Below, in pieces: positions 1-9,045 of a DNA stretch of 64,000 nucleotides. How positions within the stretch are numbered: the stretch's first letter is position 1; each line of letters opens with the position of its first letter. The notes under the pieces were generated by a model. That model searched no databases and was not told the DNA's origin. It was given only the letters and a program-made list of their open reading frames with translations. Both the position numbers and the translations under genes were made by a program. The stretch comes from an uncultured bacterium (GTDB lineage Bacteria; Verrucomicrobiota; Kiritimatiellia; RFP12; UBA1067): contig CACWIW010000004.1 in the NCBI GenBank assembly GCA_902761035.1, positions 3,981 to 67,980 of the forward strand. The letters are read 5' to 3'.

Positions 1-1054
1 GCACGTATACTGCCGGTCCGGCGGTGAACGAGACGGATGTCACCTTCTCGCCCTCGGCGAACGGGAACACGCGCGTATCGCGCAGCGACGCGCCGTCCGC
101 GCGGCAGCGCTCGGCAAGCGCGGCGTCGACTGACACCACGGCCTTCCCGTTCCGCACGAGCGCCCACACGAGGTTCGTGCCGGCCGAGCGTCCGAACACG
201 ATCTGCTCCGTGCGGTCCGCCGCTCCGCGCACCGTCACGGAGAGCCCCGCGTCAAGTCCGTAAGGCACGAGGTCGTCCGCGCGGATGCCGCCCGCCGGCA
301 CGGACGGACGGGTTCGCGACGGGATCTCGAACGCCACGATCTGCGCGGCGGCGAGGCAGTCCACAAGGGCGCCCACCGCAGTTCCGTCTGCAGGAGCCAC
401 CGCAGGCGAAAGTATCGACCACCCGCCTTCCGCGCGCGCAAGGCGGACAGCCGGCTTGTCGGGAACGCGGATGTCTAGGCCGGAGATTTCCTCACGCGGA
501 CATTCAAGCATGCCGCGCTCGCGGAAGTCGTCCAAGTTGCGGGGGATCCTTTCAAATGCGTCCTTCGGCAAGGCGCAGATGCTGCGCGACCCCTCCACGT
601 GGGCGTAGACCTCGGTTCCGGACGGCGAAATGTTCCCGAATGTGACAGCCGTATGGCGTCCGCGTGAACTGAGCGTGACGGACAGTGAATTGGTATTTAT
701 CCCGAAGTCCGCGAACGTCTCGTTCATTTCAAGAATTTCTCCGTCGGACCGCATGTCCGAAATCGGCACGAGCGTAAGCGCATCGACGAGGCGGGCGACC
801 GCGGCAGAGTCCGCTACGACGGCGAAGGGCCGCACGAGGCGCCATGTGCCGTCCGCCCCGCGCGCAAGCTCGACCTCCCCCTGCCCCGCGTTCCGCACAA
901 CGCAGGCGTCCACGCGCTCAGGTCTGAACTCGCACAGGACGCGCGCGCGCGCTTCCGGAGCGGCACTGCGCGTCCGCGTCTCCATCCACACGAGCAGGCC
1001 GCCCAGTAGGAGGATGCCCACAATGAAAAACAGGATCGCGCGCATGTTGCTCAT
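1..1054 (-). CDS. DUF4340-like membrane-anchored protein, partial (3' end outside window)
   Basis: Missing from the ORF track because it has no stop in the window. Hand translation of the minus strand from ATG 1054-1052 (ATGA overlap with the stop of the upstream gene) gives MSNMRAILFFIVGILLLGGLLVWMETRTRSAAPEARARVLCEFRPERVDACVVRNAGQGEVELARGADGTW (N-terminal TM helix). The same frame is still open at position 2 (AEGEKVTSVSFTAGPAVYV). The family name is based on position after a gldG-type gene and on recall. Confidence 0.55.
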   Translation of the reverse strand, partial: MSNMRAILFFIVGILLLGGLLVWMETRTRSAAPEARARVLCEFRPERVDACVVRNAGQGEVELARGADGTWRLVRPFAVVADSAAVARLVDALTLVPISDMRSDGEILEMNETFADFGINTNSLSVTLSSRGRHTAVTFGNISPSGTEVYAHVEGSRSICALPKDAFERIPRNLDDFRERGMLECPREEISGLDIRVPDKPAVRLARAEGGWSILSPAVAPADGTAVGALVDCLAAAQIVAFEIPSRTRPSVPAGGIRADDLVPYGLDAGLSVTVRGAADRTEQIVFGRSAGTNLVWALVRNGKAVVSVDAALAERCRADGASLRDTRVFPFAEGEKVTSVSFTAGPAVYV

Positions 1055-3267
1055 GACCGCCTCCTTCTGCGAAACGCGGCAAGCAACCCCAACAGCAGCA
1101 CGCATGCGGCAGGGCCGCCGGCGGCCAGCACCCCGAAGCGAATCCACCGCGAGCGGTCCATGCCCGTGGCGACGACGTTTCCTGGCATACGGGAATCCGA
1201 GAATGCGTCAAGGCCCGCGAGCCACGCGACGGCGTTGAGGAGGAAGTCGCGGTTCGCGTTCGCGCGGCGGGCGAGCGCTCCGTTGAGGGCGAACGTGGCG
1301 TCGCCGACCACAACGATGCGCGTTGGGCGGAATGCAAGGTCCTTCGCAGCGCCGCCGCCACGTTCAAGCGCCGCAGCTAGCACGAGAGGTCCCTTGGGCT
1401 CAGTCGTGGGGTCGAACGCCCACGGACGCACCGCCGGCTCGGATTCACCCCAGCTCTTGGCGTCAGTTCGCGCGAGCGCCATGAACTCAGTGCGGTCCAC
1501 GGCCGCCGATTGCGTCGCATCTACCGCATTTGTTGCCGCCGCGGCCGTCGGCTGCAGTACGGCGGCACCCTCGAAGAGAAGCGTGCAGCCCGCGAGCGGA
1601 CGCGTCACCGCATGGTCGCCCAGGTCCGTCACCAGCACGTCGGCGCCGTTGAACGTGGACGACGGCGACACGGCCGTGCATGGTAGCTGCCGCACGCCCC
1701 AGTCCGAAAGAAGCGAACCGACGCCCGCGTTGGGCGAGGAGGCCGTCAGCACGAGCAGACGCCCCCCGCCGCGAAGGTACCCTTCCACGCGCTGCGTCTC
1801 CGTGCGTGAGAACGGTTCGCGCGCACCGGCGATCACGAGCACGGCGCAGTCTTCCGGCACGGTGGCGGTCTGCGCGAGGTCGATGGTCTTGATGCGGTAG
1901 CCGTTCTGACGGAACTCGCGCGCCATGTCGCTCATACCGTAGATTGCATCGTATGAGGCAGCCGACGACTCGCCGTGGCCGGTCGTCCAGTACAGCGTCC
2001 CGCGCCGTCCTGCCACGGACAGACGCTGCACCGCCGTGGCGCATGCGCTCTCGGCCTCGAAGAGGCCCTCGGTGGTGACGGCGAGCGTATCGTTCGTGAC
2101 GCCCGCGAAGAGGTCGTCCACCGGCACCGTCACCTTACGCCGTCCCTGTCGGAAGACGAGCGTCCCCTCCGGCACGCCGGCCTTCACGAGCCGTCCTGCC
2201 GCGCCAAGGTCCCAGCGCGGATCGACGTTCGCGACCTCCAGCTGCACGCCGGCCACGCCGCGCGCAGTGGTCTCAAGGCCGCGCAGGAGACGCCGGACCA
2301 CCCGGTAGGCGGGCGCGCGCTGCGATAGGAAACACGTCACGTACACCGGCTCGCCGCTCGTCTCGGCCAGAATCTGCCGCGTACGGTCCGACGCCGAATA
2401 CCCGCCGCGCATCGGAAGTTCGGCGGAGATGCTGAACCTGTCCACGAAGAGGAACGCGCATGCCGTGAATGCGAACGCGAGGAACACGGCGCATGCCGTG
2501 GAGAAACGCACGCCTAGCCAGCCGCGTCCACCGAACTGCAGCAGCGCAAGCGTCTTCGAGGCCGCGAACAGCGCGCACACTGCGAGGGCGAAATAGAGGA
2601 ACAGGGTGGAGAGCTGCAAGAGCCCCGTGGAAAGATCCACCAGGTGCGCTGTGAACGGCAATTCCGTGAAGTGTACGCGGAACGCGCGCCCCCAGATGAA
2701 GGCCGACTGGTAGGCCGCGGTTGGCAGCACTACGGTGAGCATAAGCGAGATGATGGCCGCGACGGCCGCGGAACGACAGCAGGCGCTCGCGAAAATTCCG
2801 CACGCGCACCAGAGTGCCGCCTGCATGAGCAGCGCGGCATACGCAGGGAGGAACAAGTCCCACGTGAGATGCTCAGCGAGAGCCGGCGCGCACGCGGGGA
2901 GCAACGCCAACGGCAACGCCAGGTAGACGGCAAGCGCAAGCGCTGCGTGCAGCCATGCGCCGAGGAACTTGCCGAGCACGACGTCGCGCGGACGCACCGG
3001 CGCGGAAAAAAGAAGATCCGCGCGGCCAGATGCACGATCGTCGGCCACCAGGCGCATTGTCAGGACAGCCGCCAATACGGGAAGCGTCGGTGCCGCTCCG
3101 AGCGCCCACAGCACGGCCACGGGAGTGAGTCCCCCCTCTCCGCCCAACAGCGCCCTTGCGAAGAGACCGCCAGACACGCCGAGGAACACCGCCACGGCGA
3201 TCGCAGTCGACATCGACCCCATCAGCGCGCCGAACGTGCGCAGCATGACAACGCGCACAGTCCTCAT
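1051..3267 (-). CDS. Fused ABC-2 type permease (GldF-like) / GldG-like ABC-transporter auxiliary protein
   Basis: 738-aa ORF. The N-terminal ~270 aa hold about six hydrophobic helices. A large soluble domain follows, ending in a C-terminal TM helix and basic tail (GVLAAGGPAACVLLLGLLAAFRRRRRS). The start overlaps the ATPase gene stop by 4 nt (3264-3267). Confidence 0.7.
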   Translation of the reverse strand: MRTVRVVMLRTFGALMGSMSTAIAVAVFLGVSGGLFARALLGGEGGLTPVAVLWALGAAPTLPVLAAVLTMRLVADDRASGRADLLFSAPVRPRDVVLGKFLGAWLHAALALAVYLALPLALLPACAPALAEHLTWDLFLPAYAALLMQAALWCACGIFASACCRSAAVAAIISLMLTVVLPTAAYQSAFIWGRAFRVHFTELPFTAHLVDLSTGLLQLSTLFLYFALAVCALFAASKTLALLQFGGRGWLGVRFSTACAVFLAFAFTACAFLFVDRFSISAELPMRGGYSASDRTRQILAETSGEPVYVTCFLSQRAPAYRVVRRLLRGLETTARGVAGVQLEVANVDPRWDLGAAGRLVKAGVPEGTLVFRQGRRKVTVPVDDLFAGVTNDTLAVTTEGLFEAESACATAVQRLSVAGRRGTLYWTTGHGESSAASYDAIYGMSDMAREFRQNGYRIKTIDLAQTATVPEDCAVLVIAGAREPFSRTETQRVEGYLRGGGRLLVLTASSPNAGVGSLLSDWGVRQLPCTAVSPSSTFNGADVLVTDLGDHAVTRPLAGCTLLFEGAAVLQPTAAAATNAVDATQSAAVDRTEFMALARTDAKSWGESEPAVRPWAFDPTTEPKGPLVLAAALERGGGAAKDLAFRPTRIVVVGDATFALNGALARRANANRDFLLNAVAWLAGLDAFSDSRMPGNVVATGMDRSRWIRFGVLAAGGPAACVLLLGLLAAFRRRRRS

Positions 3268-3962
3268 GCCACTACCTCCTCTCCGGCCTTCCCCGCGAAC
3301 AGGTTGCGCACGTCGTCCGCCGTATTCGCGATCTGCAGGCGTCCGCCCTTCAGCACGAGAAACTTGGTCGCAATGGACTCCAGCTCGTCAAGTTCATGTC
3401 CGGAGATTATAGTCGCCGCGAACGACGAAACCGACTTGAGGATGCGCCCCACGGAGAGACGCATCTCCGCGTCCAGCCCAGCAAGCAGGTCGTCGAGGAA
3501 CAGGAAACGCGGACGGAGGAGGATCGCCTCCGCCAACGCCACGCGCTTGCGTAGGCCCTGCGAAAGACAGTCCGCGCGCGTGTTCGCGCGCGCGGAAAGA
3601 CCGCACAGCTCCATCGCCTCGAGCACGCGGTGGCGGATTTTCTTCTGCACCTCTCCCTTGAGGTTCGCACGGTACTTCAGGTAATCCTTAACCGTCATGC
3701 CCGGCTCCACCGCCGCAGACTCGGGCAGGTAGCCCAGCAGCCGACGGTACCGCAAAGGCGAAAGGAGCATGTCCACCGCATCCGCAACCACGGTCCCGGC
3801 GGACGGCAGGCATGCACCGGCAAGGATGCGAAGGAGCGTTGTCTTGCCCGCCCCGTTCGCACCGACAAGCGCCACCGTCTCGCCCGGCGTGACGGTGAAG
3901 GAGACGTCTTCCAGCAGCGGTGAACGTCCCCATGAAAAGGATATGTGTTTGACCTCTAACAT
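3264..3962 (-). CDS. ABC transporter ATP-binding protein (GldA-like)
   Basis: Walker A VGANGAGKTT, signature LSQGLRKRV, Walker B LFLDDLLAGLD. The ORF track starts at a TTG (3983). I prefer the ATG at 3962 (MLEVKHISF) because an extended -10 (TGATACAAT) sits at 3974-3982. Confidence 0.85.
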   Translation of the reverse strand: MLEVKHISFSWGRSPLLEDVSFTVTPGETVALVGANGAGKTTLLRILAGACLPSAGTVVADAVDMLLSPLRYRRLLGYLPESAAVEPGMTVKDYLKYRANLKGEVQKKIRHRVLEAMELCGLSARANTRADCLSQGLRKRVALAEAILLRPRFLFLDDLLAGLDAEMRLSVGRILKSVSSFAATIISGHELDELESIATKFLVLKGGRLQIANTADDVRNLFAGKAGEEVVA

Positions 3963-3973
3963 TGAGTGCCGAT

Positions 3974-4002
3974 ATTGTATCAAAATTTGGCTCTTTCGTG
4001 AA
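3974..4002 (-). promoter_or_regulatory. Sigma70-like promoter for the ABC operon (TTCACG-17-TACAAT, TG-extended -10)
   Basis: The minus strand reads TTCACG (4002-3997), a 17-nt spacer, then TGATACAAT (3982-3974). The ATG at 3962 lies 11 nt after the -10, so the leader would be very short. Confidence 0.35.
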
Positions 4003-4016
4003 CTGGAAATTCCCCC

Positions 4017-4045
4017 TTGCGCGCGCGCCGGGAATCTGCTATACT
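4017..4045 (+). promoter_or_regulatory. Sigma70-like promoter for tRNA-Gln (TTGCGC-17-TATACT)
   Basis: TTGCGC at 4017-4022, a 17-nt spacer, TATACT at 4040-4045. The mature tRNA 5' end is at 4066. Confidence 0.4.
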
Positions 4046-4065
4046 ATGCGCCGTTTTCACCCCAT

Positions 4066-4139
4066 TGCCTCATGGTGTAATGGTAGCACCGCAGATTCTG
4101 AATCTGCTTGTTAAGGTTCGAGTCCTTATGAGGCAACCA
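4066..4139 (+). tRNA. tRNA-Gln (anticodon CTG), CCA encoded
   Basis: Hand-folded 74-nt cloverleaf: acceptor TGCCTCA/TGAGGCA, D stem GTGT/GCAC, anticodon stem GCAGA/TCTGC with loop TTCTGAA, 4-nt variable loop, T arm TAAGG-TTCGAGT-CCTTA, discriminator A, then CCA. Confidence 0.9.
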
Positions 4140-4542
4140 TTCCGCAAAACCTGCGGACTCTCGACGTTGGATGCGTCGGGCCGAGCACGCCACCGATGCA
4201 GTCAATGATTTCGCCGCCGGCCTTCTTGAAGTAACCTCCAATTATGGATTTCGATGATTCAGGAACGAGAATTGCTGGAAACAACCGGGCGAAAGTCGCG
4301 GATTATCTCGGGCAGCTTGAAGGCACACCACTGTGGGAGAAACGCATCAAACTTGCGGCGCAAGTATAAAATTGGTCTTTTAGGCTTCATGCGCTGATAT
4401 TATATCACTAATCTGCCACACTAGGCAACCCTCAAACATATTTTATGAGCGAACTTTCCATAGAATCTGCCATTTTTATGAGCGAAGTTCTCAGATTCCC
4501 ATTCGACGTTCTCCATTGGCGTAGGAATTGCGGTCACGCGCG

Positions 4543-5124
4543 CTATCGCTTCGCCGCCGCGACTCGCTTCACGATCTCGGCCACGGCCTTCCACTTCTTT
4601 CGGATGACGGACCGTTTCGCGAACTTGGCGGGAATCTTCCCCTTGTGCTTCACGAAGAGCATGAAGGTTTCGGCGAAGTCCTCCTGCGTGGCAGAAGTGG
4701 CGTATTCAGAGACATAGCGGGTTCCCCACCCCGCCGCGACGCACTCTTCCGCAGGATCTTCGCCGTAGGCGCCACCGAACGCGGCGCGGAACAATCCGCC
4801 CTTCTTCAGCGCGCCCGGATACAGGTCCGCGAGCGCGTGCCCGAACTCGTGACGAATCACGTCAAGCGCGTTCGCCTTCACGCCCAGGTCGCGCCAGAGA
4901 GCCGCGATTGGCAGATACATTGACGGGAATTCAATAGTCTTCTCCTTCTCCTGATAGCGTCCCATCGTCCCTGTAAATGTCATGCTCGGCGCAATCGTCA
5001 GGTACGTGCACCCGACCCCGTCCAGTTTTGATCCATCCCACAGGACGCCGAGACGCCAGAGTTCCATACGGACCTTGTTGTAGGCCCGATTCACTTCGTT
5101 GCGCGATGTGTAGATTTGGCCCAT
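4543..5124 (-). CDS. Putative zincin-like metallopeptidase (HEFGH motif)
   Basis: 193-aa ORF with IRHEFGHALAD (HExxH). An acidic EDFAETF segment lies ~55 aa downstream, where the third zinc ligand of gluzincins would sit. Last gene of the island operon. Confidence 0.55.
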   Translation of the reverse strand: MGQIYTSRNEVNRAYNKVRMELWRLGVLWDGSKLDGVGCTYLTIAPSMTFTGTMGRYQEKEKTIEFPSMYLPIAALWRDLGVKANALDVIRHEFGHALADLYPGALKKGGLFRAAFGGAYGEDPAEECVAAGWGTRYVSEYATSATQEDFAETFMLFVKHKGKIPAKFAKRSVIRKKWKAVAEIVKRVAAAKR

Positions 5125-5190
5125 GATGTTCTTTCATTACCCTGCTACGTACATTTCTCGTTGGGATTGCTTTCGAGTCCCAACAATCAC

Positions 5191-6177
5191 CTACCAGTTT
5201 AGCTTATCTTTCGGCTTCAGCTGCCTCAGCACTGTCATACCCTCGGCGTAGCCCTGCTTGATAAATCGCTTTGCGCACTCACCATTGAAGGCCAGAGTAC
5301 CAGACCAGATGCGAATCTGGCGAGAGAGAGCATCAACACTTTGTGTAAGTTTCCCTACAAATGGAACGTCGTTTAGGAAACCGAAACTTGGCAACAAGTC
5401 GCTTGCGACATCCAACAGTCCTCGCAGTGAGCTACGGGGACGCACCTCGACTAATGTTGTGCCGCGCGGGATGGTGGCATCAATCGCTTCCGGTTCGTCA
5501 GCGGCACAATTACACCGCACGACGATGATCGTACGGATGTCGGGCCGACGTTCGAGAATCTGGGAGACGGGGATGTTGTCCCCGCCCATTGCCTCCCAGG
5601 AACCATCGACATACCTCCTGCCGTTTAGATCCACCGGAGCAAATCCCCATGGGATGGCCGCAGAGGCAAGTAGCTGCTTGATTCTGTTGTCTGCGTTCAC
5701 TTCCTCGTTCAGAAAGAAACATTGTCTTTCATAGCAGTCCGAATCAAATGTGCTGAGCAATCCCCCTCGGCATTCAAGCGTAGTGGCGTAGACTTCCGGC
5801 GCCCCTTCTGGCCATATTCTAGGAAGCAGTCTAGAAAGAATCGTTTCCAGAGCGCTACGGTCAAGAAGCCCCTGGAACGGGAATGGTTTCCCCGACAACA
5901 CGTCTTTGAGGGCAACGATGAACTGACCCGGCACTAGATTTGAAAGATTTGGCGTGGCGATGTCACCGACTTTTGTGTGCCAGAACCGGCAAATCTTCTC
6001 CGGATCACGTAACGCAGCAAACGCCGCAGCGTTGATCGCTCCGGCGGAAGTGCCAGAAATCACGCTAACCCGATCGGCAAGACCGAGTTCGCACATCGCC
6101 TTCCAGACACCAGCCTGGAACGCCCCTTTCGCGCCGCCGCCAGAGAGGACGAGCCCAATTGAATCATCATTTCCCAT
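5191..6177 (-). CDS. Patatin-like phospholipase
   Basis: Oxyanion box LSGGGAKGAFQAG, nucleophile elbow GTSAGA (GxSxG), catalytic-Asp region YVDGS. 4 nt separate it from the M48 gene stop. Confidence 0.85.
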   Translation of the reverse strand: MGNDDSIGLVLSGGGAKGAFQAGVWKAMCELGLADRVSVISGTSAGAINAAAFAALRDPEKICRFWHTKVGDIATPNLSNLVPGQFIVALKDVLSGKPFPFQGLLDRSALETILSRLLPRIWPEGAPEVYATTLECRGGLLSTFDSDCYERQCFFLNEEVNADNRIKQLLASAAIPWGFAPVDLNGRRYVDGSWEAMGGDNIPVSQILERRPDIRTIIVVRCNCAADEPEAIDATIPRGTTLVEVRPRSSLRGLLDVASDLLPSFGFLNDVPFVGKLTQSVDALSRQIRIWSGTLAFNGECAKRFIKQGYAEGMTVLRQLKPKDKLNW

Positions 6178-6180
6178 ATT

Positions 6181-7017
6181 CTACCAACTCAGTTTTGCTT
6201 TTCCAATCGTTTCGCCGAGCGTAACGGCTGGACGATATCCTGCGAACCACTTCTTCACCTCTGCGGCACGGACGGCAGGATACGGATGCGAAGCATCCTT
6301 TATCATCCAGTTCTGCAGAAACTTACTCTTGCCAGAATCCTTCATGAACTTCTGGTATTCGGCGGCTTGTTGGACGAACTGCTCCATGTCCACGCGTTCG
6401 GTGATGCGCGTTCCACCTCCGGCAAGACGCATCATCGTGCGAGCGACGACATCAGCGTCATTTGTCACGTATGCCGCCACACGGTCAGCGGAAAACTCAC
6501 TCCGGCGAATCCAGTACATGAGCGCCCACTGCAGCGGCTCGGAGATGATGCCGAGACCAAACAATCCTCCAATGCCGCCCCCTGCGGAAACGAGCAGACT
6601 TGCAAGGGAATGGTAGAGAACATGTCGGCAGAGGATATGCCCGCATTCGTGCGCGATGACAGCCCTCAACTCTTCCTTGGAAAGTAAGTCGATGATACCT
6701 GAGTTCACGACGACGAACGGCTTGGTGTCACCGTATGTGTAGGCATTCGGGATCGGATCCATTTCAAGGAACATTTCCGGTTCCGGTATCTGAAGCGTTT
6801 CGCAAGTATCCTTCAGAATCGCATAAAGTTCGGGAAGTTGCGACGGCCCGAGCTTGATCTTTGAAGCCATGTTGATACCGTGCATCATGTCCTCGGTGAC
6901 AGACTGCATGAATTTCTTCATGAGCGTGTCAAGCCCCGGGATTGCCTGTAGCTTGTTCAACGCATCCCGATCTTCGGGGTGAATGAATGGTTTGTAGTCG
7001 ATGGGCATAGTGAACAT
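6181..7017 (-). CDS. M48-family zinc metallopeptidase
   Basis: AHECGHILCRH (HExxH) followed by hydrophobic segments and SEFSADR, typical of M48/HtpX-like peptidases. 278 aa. Confidence 0.8.
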   Translation of the reverse strand: MFTMPIDYKPFIHPEDRDALNKLQAIPGLDTLMKKFMQSVTEDMMHGINMASKIKLGPSQLPELYAILKDTCETLQIPEPEMFLEMDPIPNAYTYGDTKPFVVVNSGIIDLLSKEELRAVIAHECGHILCRHVLYHSLASLLVSAGGGIGGLFGLGIISEPLQWALMYWIRRSEFSADRVAAYVTNDADVVARTMMRLAGGGTRITERVDMEQFVQQAAEYQKFMKDSGKSKFLQNWMIKDASHPYPAVRAAEVKKWFAGYRPAVTLGETIGKAKLSW

Positions 7018-7050
7018 TCCTCTCTTTGAATGACATTGGATGAAAAATTA

Positions 7051-7791
7051 CTACTTTCCTTTCGAAAAAATCTTTCGGAAAAATCCGCTGCACCTTGTAC
7101 GAATCTCAGAAAACCACTTTCGCTTCGGCGGATGAAGTAACACATCAACATCTTTACGACAAGTTTCGAGCTCCTTGCGAAGCTCAGTTACTTCTTCTTT
7201 GAGAAGCTTATTTTCGTCTCTAGCACAATTGAGATTTGCCTTGGCGTCGTCAATAAGTCGCTGCAATTCTGCGACCTTGTCCGGCACTGCCTGAAACTGC
7301 TTCTCGGCACTTTCCACACGAACACGACAGCGCTCAACCTCATTAGAGAGAGTGTCTGTCTTACTCTTGAGCTCGCCGTTGTCTTTCAAGATACTGTCGA
7401 GATTCGTTATGACCGAGTTGACTAATGTTGTAAGTTCGGCACGGACTGCCTCACGCACAGCCTCGCGCACAGCATCAGGGATTACGTTGAGGCGCTGATC
7501 TAAGGCGTCTAAGCGTTTGCCGGCGACTTCAATACACTTCCACGCCGTCCACTCGCCTTTCGGAAGCGGTCCATTGAGCTGCTTGTATGCGGTAAACGCT
7601 TTATCACGCAATGATCGGAGTTCGGAGTATATGTCCTCTCCTGGATTGAGCTTGAGTTCATTGATAGCCCTCCAAAGCGCCTCCTTGTTCTCGTTTTCTT
7701 TATGAAAGGCATTCAAATGGTCTTGAAAATCATCCCAAGACGGAACATAGACATCACCTCCAAATACTCCTTGCGACACTCTTACCGACAT
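7051..7791 (-). CDS. Coiled-coil protein, unknown function
   Basis: 246-aa ORF. The C-terminal half has heptad-like, charge-rich sequence (ELKSKTDTLSNEVERCRVRVESAEKQFQAVPDKVAELQRLIDDAKANLNCARDENKLLKEEVTELRKELE). No motif I recognise. Confidence 0.6.
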   Translation of the reverse strand: MSVRVSQGVFGGDVYVPSWDDFQDHLNAFHKENENKEALWRAINELKLNPGEDIYSELRSLRDKAFTAYKQLNGPLPKGEWTAWKCIEVAGKRLDALDQRLNVIPDAVREAVREAVRAELTTLVNSVITNLDSILKDNGELKSKTDTLSNEVERCRVRVESAEKQFQAVPDKVAELQRLIDDAKANLNCARDENKLLKEEVTELRKELETCRKDVDVLLHPPKRKWFSEIRTRCSGFFRKIFSKGK

Positions 7792-7804
7792 AATGCGGCA
7801 CCTT

Positions 7805-8278
7805 TCATTTCGCCTTCCTCGACGAAGTCGGTCTCTTCTTAGCTATATTTCGTTTTGCCGTAACCGGCCTAGTACTGGATGACATTACAGTTTTCTTACG
7901 CACTGCGGACTTGCGTGTCTTTCCAATCTTCTGCTTCGCCTTCTCCATCGGCAATTCGACCCCAAGATGCTGTGCCAGCAAGCGGTAGTGGGGCGCAAGC
8001 AGTTCCTTGATCACCCCTTGGAATGTTTCACGCGCCGTCTCGACAATCTTCTCGATTTCTTTTTGTGCTACGGCGGCGATCTTTGCCGCAGAAGCTGCCT
8101 GAACAGACATCTTGGCAAGCTTGCGCTCCTGCGCTTCCATTTTACTGTCAATGTCGCCAATTTCCAGTCCGATTACTTCTGCCACAATATTCTTAACGTC
8201 GGCCCGCGTCAAGATATCGACCGTTCTAGTCTCGTCGCCGGTCAAGTGGCTTACAGTCACGAAAGTATGTCTAGCCAT
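7805..8278 (-). CDS. Small protein with Lys/Arg-rich C-terminal tail, unknown function
   Basis: The ORF track starts at 8305. I prefer the ATG at 8278 (MARHTFVTV), which follows GGAGGA by 5 nt and lies just after the upstream stop (8290). The tail is KAKQKIGKTRKSAVRKKTVMSSSTRPVTAKRNIAKKRPTSSRKAK. Confidence 0.55.
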   Translation of the reverse strand: MARHTFVTVSHLTGDETRTVDILTRADVKNIVAEVIGLEIGDIDSKMEAQERKLAKMSVQAASAAKIAAVAQKEIEKIVETARETFQGVIKELLAPHYRLLAQHLGVELPMEKAKQKIGKTRKSAVRKKTVMSSSTRPVTAKRNIAKKRPTSSRKAK

Positions 8279-8289
8279 AACCATCCTCC

Positions 8290-9045
8290 CTATGCGGCAT
8301 TCCACCGCTTTTTGAATTCCACCACGAAACGATCCACGATCCTATTGATCTCACGTTCCGGATTCGCTACCGCGTGTTTGAGCAACTCAAGCGGAAGATT
8401 CCTCAGGAAGTCACGAACGGGAATGAATCCGCTACGGACGAGCATCTCGTTGCGAAGAGCGTCATCAACTGCGGAGATACCAAGATCATCTTCCGCGTAC
8501 GAACGTATCTTCCGAATGTCTCTCGTGTCACCCTGAGAAACGGAATCTATCAAACCGAGGCCAAACCGCGCCCAAAGAATGTTAAGCGGAATGACGAAGT
8601 GGCCGTCCAGCGGGATTATCAAGGACTTCAACCCCTTGTTTTCCAGCTCAGCTTCGATCGTCTCAACGATGTCACCGTTTTCTTCAGGCGACCACTTCTC
8701 GGAATTCCTACAGTTCAGGAGAAAGATCATTTGCTTCCCCTGTTCTCGGACTCGTTTGAAAACATCTGCACAGGTTTCCCCTAGCGACTTGCTTTCATGG
8801 ACATAAATCACCACGTTCGACATGTCGATGGCAGATGCAGCCGTACCGTCATCCTCGCCATTCGCATCGAATCCCGGTGTGTCGATGATGGAAACGGCCG
8901 GTGACAGCGAATAAATGACGTTCTCATGCGTGGTAGAAAGTCCCCGCCCCATTTCGGCGACATTGCGACCAACAAGCGCATTTACCAATGATGATTTTCC
9001 GCGCTGAAATCCACCGACAATGGAGATTGTCAAGACTGTGCTCAT
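8290..9045 (-). CDS. Small dynamin-type GTPase (paralog of 11983-13074)
   Basis: G1 VGGFQRGKSSLVNAL, G3 IIDTPG. Shares the blocks FLLNCxNxExWSP and IEAELxNxG with the 363-aa paralog. ATGA overlap with the upstream 966-aa gene. Confidence 0.75.
   Translation of the reverse strand: MSTVLTISIVGGFQRGKSSLVNALVGRNVAEMGRGLSTTHENVIYSLSPAVSIIDTPGFDANGEDDGTAASAIDMSNVVIYVHESKSLGETCADVFKRVREQGKQMIFLLNCRNSEKWSPEENGDIVETIEAELENKGLKSLIIPLDGHFVIPLNILWARFGLGLIDSVSQGDTRDIRKIRSYAEDDLGISAVDDALRNEMLVRSGFIPVRDFLRNLPLELLKHAVANPEREINRIVDRFVVEFKKRWNAA

Noticed and set aside
4141-4157. Short hairpin TCCGCA-AAACC-TGCGGA right after the tRNA, considered as a tRNA terminator or att core.
   Set aside because: - The stem is only 6 bp and no T-run follows.
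- I found no matching copy at the right island border.
4044-4241. 65-aa minus-strand ORF overlapping tRNA-Gln.
   Set aside because: It is read straight through the tRNA gene on the opposite strand, so it is most likely an artefact.
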